Below, piece by piece: positions 36,919 to 50,526 of a stretch of 64,000 bases of DNA; the stretch's first letter is position 1, and every line of letters starts with the position of its first letter. The stretch is taken from the NCBI RefSeq assembly GCF_006345805.1, contig NC_043014.1:14694001-14758000 (forward strand), given 5' to 3'. This stretch comes from Octopus sinensis. Taxonomy: Eukaryota. The notes under the pieces were generated by a model. That model did not search any database, was not told the DNA's origin, and saw only the letters and a program-made list of their open reading frames with translations. Both the position numbers and the translations under genes were made by a program.

Positions 36919-37327
36919 GGCGCAGGAGTGGCTGTGTGGTAAGTAGCTTGCCTACCAACCACATGGTTCTGGGTTCAGTCCCACTGCGTGGCATCTTGGG
37001 CAAGTGTCTTCTGCTATAGCCCCGGGCCGACCAATGCCTTGTGAGTGGATTTGGTAGACGGAAACTGAAACAAGCCTGTCGTATATATGTATATATATAT
37101 GTATGTATGTGTGTGTATGTGTTTGTGTGTCTGTGTTTGTCCCCTAGCATTGCTTGACAACCGATGCTGGTGAGTTTACGTCCCTGTCACTTAGCGGTTC
37201 GGCAAAAGAGACCGATAGAATAAGTACTGGGCTTACAAAGAATAAGTCCCGGGGTCGATTTGCTTGACTAAAGGCGGTGCTCCAGCATGGCCGCAGTCAA
37301 ATGACTGAAAGAGAGTAAAAGAGAGTG
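36919..37327 (+). mobile_element. Abundant ~400-bp SINE (head GGAGTGGCTGTGTGGTAAG, internal TA/TG microsatellite); near-full copies also at 2481-2876, ~3880-4248, ~31370-31748, ~34175-34574 (all -), ~38530-38930 (+), plus many fragments
   Basis: Direct multi-copy similarity within the window, a tRNA-like head with GGTTCAGTCCC B box, and an (AGTAAAAG)-like tail. Confidence 0.88.
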
Positions 37328-37669
37328 GGACTGAACCCGAAACCACATGGTTGTACAATGAGCTTCTTAACCACACAGCCAAGTCTACACCATGCCTAGC
37401 TGTCTGCTCAATCTAGGCAAATCAATATCTTTTGGTCACAATGGACCAAACTATCTTTGTCTGACCTTCAGTTTCATACATAATTCGAGGAAGTTACCAC
37501 TCTAGCTAGTGTCTCTGTTGCTTCTAAAGCAATTACAGTGTTCATTGCTGGAACAAAAGACTAGTTTGTTTTGCTTTTGGTCTGCTTTCTCTGTTTTTTT
37601 TGTTTTTTTGTTTTTTTGTTTTTTATAGCACCATCTGTGAAACATCAAATGAATGCAATTAATTTTAAA

Positions 37670-37707
<38 letters not shown>

Positions 37708-37849
37708 GAAGAAGAAGAATGTCATAATTTAGCAATGAACAGTGTGTGTGTATGTGTGTGTGTGAAGGTGTAAATGAACACATTAGTTGGAGCACCAAAA
37801 TTTTTCCTCTTCAGCCTCCTCGTCATTATCGCTGCAACTGTTGCTGCAA

Positions 37850-38330
37850 GCACTTGTCACCATTGTCATCATTCTCATCATCATCGTAAACATCATCAGG
37901 ACCATCACCACCACCACCTCCACCACCACTACCAACATCACCACCACCATCACCACCACCACAACCATCACCAATACCACCACCACCATCAACACCACCA
38001 CAACCATCACCACCACCACCTCCGCCACCACCACCGCCGCCACCACCATCACCACCACCACCAACATCACCACCACCATCAACCACCACCACCACCATCA
38101 ACACCACCACCACCATCAACACCACCACAACCATCACCACCACCACCTCCGCCACCACCACCGCCGCCACCACCATCACCACCACCACTACCAACATCAC
38201 CACCACCATCACCCCCACCACCACAACCATCACCAATACCACCACCACCACCATCAACATCAACACCACCACAACCATCACCACTACCACCACCACCATC
38301 ATCATCATCGACAGCATCAATAACAACAAA
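37850..38330. repeat. (ACC/CAT)n compound microsatellite; similar tracts at ~14320-14480, ~30290-30570 and ~59745-60240
   Basis: Direct inspection. These tracts are the source of the His/Thr/Pro/Val-rich pseudo-ORFs. Confidence 0.9.
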
Positions 38331-39439
38331 GATGAAGTTGATGGTTTCTTCATATAATTGAGCGATGTAAAGCCAACAAGGGAGCGTCTATAAAATGAAT
38401 TTTGTCTGCAAGAAATAGTAACCAAATCCCTCTCAAATTATATCCAGCAGTCTTAGAAAAAAAAGAAAAAGAAACGAAAACAATGCACTGGGTGGTTCAA
38501 AGTATATTGGAAAATAAAAGGTGATAGGTATAGGTGTGGCTGTGTGGGAAGAAGCTTGCTTCCTAACCACATGGTTGTGGGTTCAGTCCCACTGTGTGAC
38601 ACTTTGGTCAAGTATCTTCTACTATAACCTTGTGATGGCCAGACCCTTGTAAGTTGATTTGGTAGATGGAAACTGAAAGAAGCCTATTGTATATAGTTAT
38701 CCATAAATATCTACATGTGTGTGTCTTTGAGTGTGTCTTTGTCCCCACATCACTGGTGTTGGTGTGTTTGCATCCCCATAACTTAGTGGTTCAGCAAAAG
38801 TGATCGAAACAATAAATGCTAGGCTTAAAAAAAGTCCTGGGGTTGATGATTTGTTAGACTAAAAACTTGCAAGGCGGTGCCCCAGCATGGCCACGGTCAG
38901 ATGAGTGAAACAAGTAAAAGATAAAAGAGAAAAGATGGTTAGCATGGCTTTAGATTTAGGGTTTACTCAATCAGTACTAGTGCTAATGGATAATAGTAGT
39001 GTGGGTATAATAGCTAATCCCACCAAATATTATGTAGACATGATTACCTCCCTTATACACACTAACCACCAGAGAACCCCAAGATTGATTGTGTGGAAAG
39101 ACAGTTGCTTCCCAACCATGTGATACGGGTAAAGCCAGAAAGTAAAATGGCATGATCAGGCACAAACTTCGATCATGTGACCACAACAGTACCAACTATA
39201 AGCATGCATGCACAGAAGGCAGCGTGACAATAACAAAGATATGTTATGGCAAAAGTACGGATAATTTTTGTTTTCCCCTCATATATATACATGAGGGGAA
39301 GTAAAAAATATATATATATTATAAATATATATATATAAGTAAAATATATATATATGTATATATTCTAGCAAAAAAACTGTCTTGATGAACGGCAACGAGA
39401 AACTCAGAGTAACAGATTTGGTTGAATTTTCTGCTGCTT

Positions 39440-39469
39440 AAAATAAAGTATATGTAGTATATAATATAT

Positions 39470-39521
<52 letters not shown>

Positions 39522-39647
39522 TATAATGTATATATATATATGTATATATATGTATATATGTATATATATGTATAATATATATATTATATATATGTATATA
39601 TATGTATATGTATATATATATATATGTATATATATATATTATATATG

Positions 39648-39686
<39 letters not shown>

Positions 39687-39714
39687 GTATATATATATGT
39701 ATATATATAATATA

Positions 39715-39797
<83 letters not shown>

Positions 39798-39800
39798 CAT
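39440..39800. repeat. Long (TA)n/(TATG)n microsatellite; other large tracts at ~1185-1418, ~5650-6050, ~36090-36560 (TG) and ~53515-53740 (TTA)
   Basis: Direct inspection. Confidence 0.95.
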
Positions 39801-39808
39801 ACATATAC

Positions 39809-40963
39809 ACAAGGTGCGATGGGTAAATGTTGCCTTTTTTAATTTTTTTTATTTCCCGCATGCACATTGATTTTAATTTTGCTGACAACACAATATAGTA
39901 GGGTCAGTCGGGTACTGTCTGTGAGAAAAATAGCATCTTGATGCAATTCACTCTGTTAGAAATTTGGAAGTGACATGCTATACTGATTGGCATTCATGCC
40001 GGAAGCTCCAATATGAACATTTCAGAGTGTTTGGGTGTCAATCTGAGGACAGTGCAGAGTGCAGAGGATTTGGAAAGCGTTGGATGAGTCTAATGGTGAC
40101 TTCAAAGGTACTGCAGCTCAAAGAACTCACTCTGATCATTCTGATAAGAAAAGAACTCCTGAATTTGTTGGTGAGATCCAGGCCATGATTGTAAATGATC
40201 CCTCCAAGTCAATCAGGTCCATCGCCAAGACATGGGAGTGTCAGAGTTTCTTAACATGCAGGTAGTGCATGAAGACATTCAGCATTCCTCATACAGATGA
40301 GGGCCAATTTTTATCCCAAGCCATCAAGGACAAGACGAAAGACCGTACTGCGAAGTTTTTGAGCAAACTCAAGCATCCCCTCCAACAAAACATGCTTTGG
40401 TTTTTCTCAGGTAAGAAAAATTTCTGCCAGGATCAGATAGTGAACACACAGAACATCCAGTCAACATCATAGTGTTTGGAGTGATCACTAGTGATGGCAA
40501 CGTTATGCCTCCATTCATCTTCCTACATGACCTAAGGCTCAACACAGAGGTCTTCATCAAAAGTCCGGAGAAGGTAGTGCTGCCCAGGATCAACAGGGTG
40601 GCTGCTGGAAGACCCTATGTCTGGCAACAGGATTCTGCACCATGTCACACAATCAGGAAGACCCAGTCATGGCCGTCAGACAATTTCTGTGACCACATCA
40701 CCCCTAACATCTGGCTGCCTAACTTCCTAGACTGCAACTCCCTTGATTATTATGTGTGGAGTTTAGTTCAGAAGAGTTGCTGGAGATTCTGAAGTCATCT
40801 GGAGACCATGGTTGAAGCAAATGGTAATTTTATTGAATAAATTTACTCTTTAGTATTTCAAGAATTTTTTATCTAATTTTGGTAAAAATATCTGTTAAAA
40901 TGAGAGGTCAGTGTTATTTTCATTTTTGCATAACTTAGATGACAATCTATTCACCACACCCTG
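39809..40963 (+). mobile_element. Tc1/mariner-superfamily maT (DD37D)-like element, degenerate
   Basis: TIR-like ends CAAGGTGCGATGGGTAAAT / ATTCACCACACCCTG-TA. Fragment MFGVITSDGNVMPPFIF...YVWQQDSAPCHT...CNSLDYYVW. Confidence 0.85.
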
Positions 40964-43273
40964 TATGTGTGTGTGCGTGCATCTGTGTGTATGCATGTGT
41001 GTGTGTGATCACTGCTTGACAACCAGTGTTGCTGTGTTTATATACCCATAACTTCGCGGTTCAGGAAAAGAAACTGAGAGAATAAGTACTGGGCTTCAAA
41101 TGTAAGTCCTGGGGTCAATTTGTGGCATTAAAACCCTTGAAGGCAGTGCTCCAGCTTGGCCACAGTAAAATGACAAACAAATACAAGAATAAAAGTATAC
41201 CTACATGCACGTATGTATATATGTATGTATGTATGTAAAATGTATGTATGTATGTATGTATGTATGTATGTATGTATGTATGTGTGTTTGTTTGTGTTTC
41301 CATATATGATTGCTGTAAATGGATCTAATTCATTTCTAATATTCTGCTAAAACCTGTCTGACCAAAGGGAAATATTACCTTGCTTGGAAACAGATGTACT
41401 GAGTCACAATATAGATATTAAATTTCTAAATTTCTAAATTTAAAATTCATAATAAAAAAGATGTCAGACATACCTTAACCAATTGGGCATTACCAGAGGT
41501 TGAATAACAATTATTCATTAGTAATTGCTTTATTACAGGAGAATTAGTCGAAACAATTGTGGTTATGTAGAGACAGACGATGTAAACAAACTTCATTAAC
41601 CTGTTAGGTTAATGGAATCTTACTGAAAGACTAAATATATTTATGTTTTGCATCTAATTATTAATTCATTGTACTTATCTATTAGACTATCTTTATGCTT
41701 GAAGATTTCTAGTGCTGCTAGTGAGCATAAGTTGCATTTACTTCTCCCATCTATGTCGGGAGAAGTCACTGTAAACATAAACCAAGGTGTTTGCAGTTCT
41801 TTTATTATTTACTTGTTTCAGGCATTTGACTGTGGCCATACTGGGGCAATACCTTGAAGAATTTTAGTCAAATAAATTGACACTAAGACTTATATTTTTA
41901 AGCCTGGTACTTATTTTATCAGTCTCTTTTGCCAAACAGCTAAGTTATGGGGATGTAAATACAGCAACAATGGCTGCCAGGTGAAGGTGGAGGACAAACA
42001 CACATAAATATACATATGTATATGACAGGCTTCTTTCAGTTTTTGTCTACCAAATCTATTCACAAGACTTTGGTCAGCCTGAGGTTTTAGTAGCAGACAC
42101 TTGCCCAAGCTACCACACAGTGTGACTGAACCTGGAACCATGTAATTTGGAAACAAACTTCTTACAACACAGCCACACCTTGATTTCTTTTTCCATTCCT
42201 TTCTTCAATTCTTTAAATTCTGTATTAATTCAGCCAATGAGACATTATTCTGCTTTTGTGGGTTCTTGAAAAAGGGGGCAACATCCTCATCCTCATTTAA
42301 TGTCCTTTCTTCATGCTAGCATGGGTTGGACAATTTGACAGAAGCTGACATGTAACTGGCACCCACAACACTCTCAGAGTGGTTAGTGATAGGAAGCTGT
42401 ATCCAGCTGTAGAAACCAAGCCAAAATCAGACTGGAACATGGTGCAGCTCTCCAGTTTACCAGTTCCAATCAAACCGTCTAACCCAAGGTGGCAAGTTGG
42501 CAGAAATGTTAGCGCGCCAGGCAAGATGCTTAGCAGTATTTCGTCAGCTGTTACGTTCTGAGTTCAAATTACGCCACGGTCGACTTTGCCTTTCATCTTT
42601 TTGGGGTTGATAAACTGAGTACCAGTTACACACTGGGGCTGATGTAATCGACTTAATCCCTTTGTCTGTCCTTGTTTGTCCCCTCTATGTTTAACCCCTT
42701 GCGGGCAATAAAGAAATAAGTAACCGTCTAACTCATGCCAACATGGAAAGCAGATGTTAAATGATGATGCTGATAACGATATATCTGGGTGTGTGTCATT
42801 CTAGATACCACCACCACCACCACCACCACCGCCACCACCATTGGACAACCAATATCAGTTTTCTTTATGCCCACCCCCCATAACATAGTGGTTCTGTAAA
42901 AGAGACTTAAACCAAAATATGTACAGGGGTTGCTTTATCTGACTAAACCAGCCAAAGCAATGATCCAGCATGGCCAGTGACTGAAGCGAGTAAAAGATAT
43001 GGATAAAAGACACAAGTAACACTGAAATTTCCTCTGTCTAGTAGATAAATGTTTTCTGGAAAAAATAACCACAGCCATTATAAGATACTCAGTAAGCATT
43101 CTGCTAAATTGTACACTAAATTTTCCAGCAGAAAAAGCAAATATTAATAGCAAAAATGTGGCACTGAAGCAGAGTTTAATTAATATATCCTCTCTGTATC
43201 CTAATATAAATACAGAGTCAAAGATCAAGTTACTGCTGTGTGTGTGTGTGGGTGTATGTGTGTGTCTGTTTAT

Positions 43274-43324
<51 letters not shown>

Positions 43325-43407
43325 TATATATATTGGATTTTGGAATGGTCATTTTTTTGTCAAATGCCAAATCTTGCAACACAAATTCATAAACATATAT
43401 ATCTATG

Positions 43408-43441
<34 letters not shown>

Positions 43442-44503
43442 AATGATAATATTATCATTTATATATATTATGTGTGTGTGTGTGTATGCATATATAGTAG
43501 AACAAGAAATAGGAAGACCTTGGTACAGTATTATATATTCAAAAAGATAAATAGAAAAGACTTTTCTGATAATTTTAATTATTAAAGTGGAAAAATTATC
43601 AGAAAAGCCATTTCTATTCAATTTTTCAAGTATATATATATATATATATATATCTGCATATATACATACATATATGTACATACCTACATATATATGTATA
43701 TATACATGCATATATGGGTACAGGACATAGAAAAAATGTAGACAAAAGGAGAAACAAGAACATAAAAAACAAAAAAATAGAAAATGAAAATTTTTCAAAC
43801 AATGAAAGACACAAACAGAGAAACGAGACAAGCAACATAAAGAAATTCCCTTCATCAGTTGTCCCCTATTTTATCTACTCCGTGCTTCGAAGGTAGGGAC
43901 AAGACACAACTTCGTTAAAATAATCCTTCCCGCAAAGCAAATTAAATAAAATCTGGGTTTTTTTCCGGAGGGTGAAAGTGGTAAGAAAAACAGGACAGTG
44001 AGAACAAAACAGTAAAAACCAAACAGTGAGGGCTGATAAGCCAAGACGATGTGAAGTGGTGAACGCTGGAAAAACGAGCTTTGAGAAGAGACAAGTAAAA
44101 TCACATCTTGTCTTTAGGAAGGAAGTGGAAGAAAGAAAGATATATGGCCGTTGGTCACGTGTGAGCAACGAGAGAGTCAAGGAGGAAGTGAGAGAGAGAG
44201 AGAGGGAACAGTAAAGGGGAGAATATACATATATATTTACATATAAATATACATACATACACATATATTATTCTCAACCAGGAATCTTGTTGACAGTGAC
44301 TTCAAAGGGTTGATCAGTTGACCCATCATTCAACAATGGCTTAGTTAGCTGAAACTTTGAAGTCACTGTCAACAAGATTCTTGTTTAAGAATAATAAATT
44401 TGTACTCTACAAAAATATAGAGTACCCCACAAGATTAAAGTAAAATTGTTTTTATTGTAACTGAATATAAAAACAAACATTAATATAAATATCAATATAT
44501 ATA

Positions 44504-45429
44504 TAGGGTCATCCCATAAATAATGCAGTTTTTTCAATTGCATGAACTAAAAGTCGGAGGGGGATGTGATAAACTACCTGCATCAACTTACTGTAAAAGC
44601 AGGTAGTAATTTTACCTTGTTCTAATTCTTAGTGCAAGTTTTGAAGAGAGCAGTTCAATTTTAACAGTTTTATTTTTTTCAAAGCTATAATGGAAGTGAC
44701 AAAGGAGCATATTTGGCATATTTTGCTTTATGAATTCAATAAAGGCAATAATGCAAGAGAAAGTGTGAGGAATATTAATGCAGTATATGAGGGTAGGATA
44801 ATAAGTGTAAGCCGGTGTCAACAGTGGTTCCAGAAATTCCAAGCCGGAAACTACACCCTAGAAGATAAGCCTCATCCTGGAAGATCTGTACAGCTCAACG
44901 AGGACATCCTGTAAAAACCTGGTGAAACAAAATCTCCTTGTAACTGTTGAAGAACTAACAGAGAAGATTGGATTTGGTGAGTCAAACCATTCACTGACAC
45001 CTGCGCTAGGAAGAAAACGACCATCTTTGGTTTCAAGACGGAAGGTGTTCTTCCATCAGGATAATGCTTGGCCACATACAGCGAGGATGACATTACAAAG
45101 GCTGGAGAAGTTTAAATGGGAAACGATGCCCCACCCACCATGTTTGCCAGACATTTTCCCATCTGATTATCATTTATTCCTCAGTCTTCAAAATCATTTG
45201 GACAGAAAAATATGAATTCTGTAGATGAGGTCACAATAGTACTGGAGGAGTATTTTTCCTCACAAATTAGTGAATTTTGGAAGAGGGGCCTTGTAAGACT
45301 ACCAGATTGATGGAAGGGCATTGTAGAAAATGAAGGAGACTATATTTTAGATTAGAAAAGAACTTTGTTTATCTTAATTTTGAAAAATAAAAGAAGTGTA
45401 AAAAAAAAATGCATTAATAGGATGACCCA

Positions 45430-45430
<1 letters not shown>
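44504..45430 (+). mobile_element. Internally deleted mariner element
   Basis: TIRs GGGTCATCCCATAAATAATGC / GCATTAATAGGATGACCC. Fragments HIWHILLYEFNKGNNARES...LEDKPHPGRS and VFFHQDNAWPH...PDIFPSDYHLFLSLQNHL. Confidence 0.88.
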
Positions 45431-45479
<49 letters not shown>

Positions 45480-48261
45480 AGAGAGAGAGAGGGGTTTGTT
45501 GATAGACCATTTACTCAGCATTGACTTGAACCAACGTCTCTCATGGATTTGCTGTGTTAAAAACATAATGAATATCAGACAAATGAAAATTCATCCAATA
45601 GTGACCAATGTAAGCACCAAATGCATCTCAACCTTCAGGAGCCTTTTTGAGGACAAACACTGCAGTAACTGGACAATCAACACTGCATATACATTATGTA
45701 TCATATGTAGATGGCTATGTTAATATCAAAAACCTCAGACTGCAAACTGTTTTAAATGTTTCTTGTCTGTGCAGCTATTTCAACCTCATAAAATGTCCTT
45801 TAGATAATTTATGACTTTTGAATTCCATAGCTCTGCGTGTAAATTTATTCCTAGCAAATTACAGAATTTCTAAAGAATATGATGGACTGAATGTGAATCT
45901 TTTGAAATTAATTTATAATCGGCATAGGCATACTTTTAGAGATCTTGGAAGTCGTTCTGATACAATATTATCTAAATATATTTGAAATTTGAAAAATAAT
46001 ATTAGAAACCTTAAAATTATTTCAAATGTATCAGAATATACGAAACCTTATACTCCAAGAACAATGGCTGCAGTCTTTGTATTCTATCTAAACTAACATG
46101 TTTTTGTTGTTATAAACTGAAAATTACATTCATATATTTCAAAATGCTTATGTTCAAATGTCATTTAGTAATGTATAATTCTGTTTAATGCTTCTAACTT
46201 ATCAAATGTCTTTCTTTTGTTCACATACAGGTTACGTTCAATATTTGTTTATTTTGTACAGAAATAAATTTTTTTGTCTTTCTCTTTCATTTTTACCATT
46301 GCTAAAGAATTGATGACAAGAAACTAAGAGCTGCATTTTGAGAAGTTTCAACTTCGAATAAGTATCCAGTTTCTGCACAATACACTCTATTCTGTGGAAT
46401 AACATCAGCTTACAAGATTGTAAAACCATTTCTGTACTAGACATTTATTGCTAAGTTTCCTATAACAGACAAAATATATTATCCAACAGTAGGCAATTTG
46501 TCATTTTCCTCTCCATAGTGCTATAGAAAATGGAGTTATTCTTTATCTCTATTGGAACTACAGCAGTTCATTAATTGTTACACTAAACATCATCACCACA
46601 GCAACAACACTTCTGTGTTGGAGCTGAATAGTTGTTAAATTTGTTTGAGACAAATTGGATCCGTGTATGAGAGTATGGGAGCCTTCACAAAACATTACAA
46701 TTTTCATTGTGACAATACATGTATAACATTGCCAAAATAGGCGGCGAGCTGGTAGAAACGTTAGCACTCCGGGCGAAATACTTAGCAGTATTACTTAGCA
46801 GTATTTCACCTGCGGTTACGTTCTGAGTTCAAATTCCGCCGAGGTCGACTTTGCCTTTCATCCTTTCGGGGTCGATTAAATAAGTACCAGTTACGCACTG
46901 GAGTCGATATAATCGACTTAATCCGTTTGTCCCCTCTGTGTTTAGCCCCTTGTGGGTAGTAAAGAAAGAGTATAACATTGCCAGAATTGTGGCCCACAGA
47001 GTAATCTTGCTCTTTCTCTCTCTCAACCCTTCTTGCTTTCTCTCTCTCCTTCTCCCCCTCTCTCTCAACCGTTTTTCCTTTCTCTCTCCCTCTCTCTCAA
47101 CCTTCCAACTTTTTCTCTTTCCTTCTCCCCTACTTCCTCTTCTAAGTCACCCAAATGCTTCAGCAGTGATCAATGCCATTCAAGAATTTGGACCTGGAGA
47201 TCTCCATTTCCAGTGACTTCGAGGGCCACCTCCCAGTGGTGTCGGGCGTCAACAAAGAGCCCTCGACTACAAGACGACCAAAGTTTTTTCTTTTTTCCAA
47301 GGTCTGGGGTATCCAGCCCCTAAGCCCTAGACCATCACCTAATCACCCTTACCCATCTTGTTGCTTAACAACAACAACAGCAATCAATTACTGACCTACA
47401 AAGCTCAGTTATTTTCCCCACATTGGTGTAACTATCACTTATTTGAAACATGGATCAGTCTGCTTCACACATACAAATTTATCCATATTGGCCAAAATGT
47501 TAAAAAAAAAACCCAACAAAAACAAACAAGGCTATAAAGCTGATTGGTAAATATTCACCAAGACAAGAAGAGAGCCATAAACTTATAACTCAGCCTCTTG
47601 GTAACAACAGTCCAATACCCTCAAATCACAAACTTACCATCTTAAAAAAGCAAAGGATACACTGAATATCCAGCTTTATGCTTAAGAGTTCAAATACTGC
47701 CGAGGCCAACATTACCTTTCATCCTTTCACGGTCAATAAAATAAGTCCTAGTCAAGCACTGGGCTTGATGTAATCAACTAGCCCCCTCCCCCAGATTTAC
47801 AGGCCTTGTGCCTATACGAGAAAGGATTATTATTATTGTTGTTCTGAGTTCAAATTCCACTGAGATCTACTTTGCCTTTCATCCTTTCAGGGTTTACAAA
47901 ATAAGTCCCAGTCAAGCACTGTTGATGTAATTGACTAGCTCTCTCCATGCCAAAACAGACAGTAGAACTGAATGTAGTCCTTTAGCTCACCAGCAGCTGT
48001 CAAAATATTCAACCTATGCCAGTATGGAAAGCAGATGTTAAAAAATTGGTGATGATGATGATTATCATGACATAGGCCTGACAATGGGAACCCGTTGTTT
48101 GTCTGTCATAATTGGCTGTTTATAATGCCTAATATCATATAAAAGACTTGTTCTTTGCAGTGTGGAGTGGTGATTTGATAGTGCTGAGGGACATCCTCAG
48201 AGGTCTAGACTGATAAAAAAAGGACCAAGATAGCAACAACATCAAATATATTACACTCTAC

Positions 48262-48505
48262 CTCTTTCTTCTTCTCAGCATATTCCACGTGGCAAGCATT
48301 GGCAGCAGTAATTTCTTCCAGAGTATTAGGTTGAGTAGACAGTTTTTCAATGGCTTCAGTGAGGAATGTGTCAATGTGCTTAACATCGAGACTGATCTTA
48401 CGTTGGAGGCAGTTGACGAGGGCATCAAACAGCTGTTGGATGAGTTCATCAATGACAATCTTCACCGGAGATGTGTTGACAGTGATGCAGCCAACTTTTA
48501 CCTGG
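48262..48505 (-). CDS. DYNC2H1: Dynein-2 heavy chain exon 6: QVKVGCITVNTSPVKIVIDELIQQLFDALVNCLQRKISLDVKHIDTFLTEAIEKLSTQPNTLEEITAANACHVEYAEKKKE
   Basis: Matches recalled VKVDCLNINCNPVKTVIDDLIQKLFDLLV...PQSVEEIGDAN. Acceptor ttcttcag, donor gtagag, 244 nt. Confidence 0.94.
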
Positions 48506-49977
48506 CTGAAGAAATCAGAAGAAAATAAATAAATTAATTAATTTACAAATAAATAAACAAACAATAGTGTGGTTGTGTGGTAAGAAGCTTGCTTTCCAAC
48601 CACATGGTTCTGGGTTCAGTCCCACTGTGTGGAACCTTGAGCAAGTGTAATCAAAGTCTTGTGAGTGGATTTGGTAGACAGAAACTGAAAGAAGCCTGTT
48701 ATATATATGTGTGTGTGTGTGTGATCATCATCATCATTATTTTAACATATGTGCTTAATGCTGGCATGGGTTGGTAGTTTGGCAAGGACTTAATGGGGCT
48801 GAAGGACTTCATCGTGCTCCAGTGTCTACTTTGGCATGATTTGTATGACAGGATGACCTTCCTAATGCCAACCATTTCAGAATGCGGACTGGGTGCTTTT
48901 CTTGAGCAACTAACACAAGTGAGGTTGCCATGCAGCTCACAAGCCTACAAAAGCCAAGAGGTGAGGCTTTATGCTAGTAGATGAGGACTAAAGCATAGCA
49001 AAAAGGTAGAGAAGAGCAGGTCCTAGTAGGGGACTTACATGGCTACTCAGATTTAAGAGGCATTGTGTAATAGCTGCTAAGAGATACATAGTGGTGATGA
49101 GGTGTCCAGGTGGTACCCTAAGGACCAAGTGAGTAGATATAAATAGTGGTTTCTGTCACAGGTAGAAGGCCTCAAATTTGGGCAAGGGTATATTCGATTA
49201 AATCAAGCTAAGCAGTTGACTTGACTGTTAAATTATAAATATCAGTTTCCAATTTTGGCACAAGGCCAGCAATTTCTGAGGTGGTAGTAAGTTAATTATA
49301 TCAACTCCAGTTCTCAACTGGTACTTATTCTGTCGACTCTGAAAGGATGAAAGGGAAAGTAGTGCCCAGTGGTATTTGAACTGAGAACATAAAGTTGGAA
49401 GAAATTCTGCTGCTTTGTAAAGACACCACTTCAGTCATGAATGACCGTGGGATTGCACCTAGAAAGTTCCCCTTTGAGGCACAAAACCAGGCAAGGTATG
49501 CATGGGTGACTGCAGGAAGACCAGCAATCCCCCATGCATACACGTCTCCCTTCTCCACACCATTATATGTATATAGGGTAAAGAGTAAAGACCCCCTTTG
49601 GTCATGAATGGCCATGGGATTGCACCAAGAAAGTTCCCCTCCAAGGTACAAGTCCAAGCAAGGTTGTTTATGGAAGACCAGCAGTCGTCCATGCATACCA
49701 GTCTCCCCTGTCCGTGACACTGATGTTATCCAAGGGAAAGGGCAAAGGCCGATACAGCTTGGCACCTGTGATGTCACAACTCATTTCTATAGCTGAGTGA
49801 ACTGGAGCAATGTGAAATAAAGTGTCTTGCTCAAGAACACAACACTCAGCTTGGTCTGGGAATTGAACTCATTACCTCATAATTATGAGCCTGGCACTCT
49901 AACTACTGAGCCATGTGCCTTGTACATTTCAAATATCAATCAGAGAATAATAATTAATGCAAATTTAGAAAGATTAC

Positions 49978-50105
49978 TTTGGTAGTTTATCTGCATTCCG
50001 GCTACGAATCTTCAATGCCTTTATATTTCGTTCCCAGTCAGTAATATCTACGAGACATTGGTCTGCAAGCTCATTTATGTCAATAGTTCCAAGAGCAACC
50101 CAATC
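49978..50105 (-). CDS. DYNC2H1: Dynein-2 heavy chain exon 5: DWVALGTIDINELADQCLVDITDWERNIKALKIRSRNADKLP(N)
   Basis: Manual translation matches recalled EWIVIGQVDMEALVEKHLFTVHDWEKNFKALKIKGKEVERLP. Acceptor ttttctag, donor gtaatc, 128 nt. Confidence 0.92.
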
Positions 50106-50315
50106 CTAGAAAACAATAGAAGAAGAAATATTAACAATACAGTTATTAACCAGAAAGAGTTGCTGTCGTTTCAATCTAAACTAAATCTGGTGAAGCAGTC
50201 CTAAGCTCAACAGCCTCCCTGTTGTGATTATCCTGAATGTTTTTAAAAGTATTACTGAATGCATCCCTTCATTATTTAACACATTACAGCAGTGGTCTCA
50301 ACCATCATCCATATA

Positions 50316-50526
50316 TGAGGTGGTGCTGAAAAGTTCCTGCCTTTGGGAAAAAAGAAAATACAGGAGTTAATTATGATTTTATTCAACATATTCCCCTCTC
50401 AGATTCACACACTTATTGCAGTGGTCCTTCAGTTTTCTTAAGCCTTGTAAAACAACTCAAAAGTTGGGCCTCCAGCCAGGCCTTTCTTGACACCCTTAAA
50501 GCCAGGAATTGTTCAGCACCCCCTCA
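50316..50526. mobile_element. Mariner-derived MITE (~211 bp); truncated second copy at ~56785-56985
   Basis: TIRs TGAGGTGGTGCTGAAAAGTTCCTG / CAGGAATTGTTCAGCACCCCCTCA with TA duplication. Confidence 0.75.

Noticed and set aside
37774-38425. His-, Thr-, Pro- and Val-rich ORFs (also 59692-60396, 12258-13035, 30237-30627, 14278-14537)
   Set aside because: These are translations of trinucleotide microsatellites that are open in several frames on both strands.
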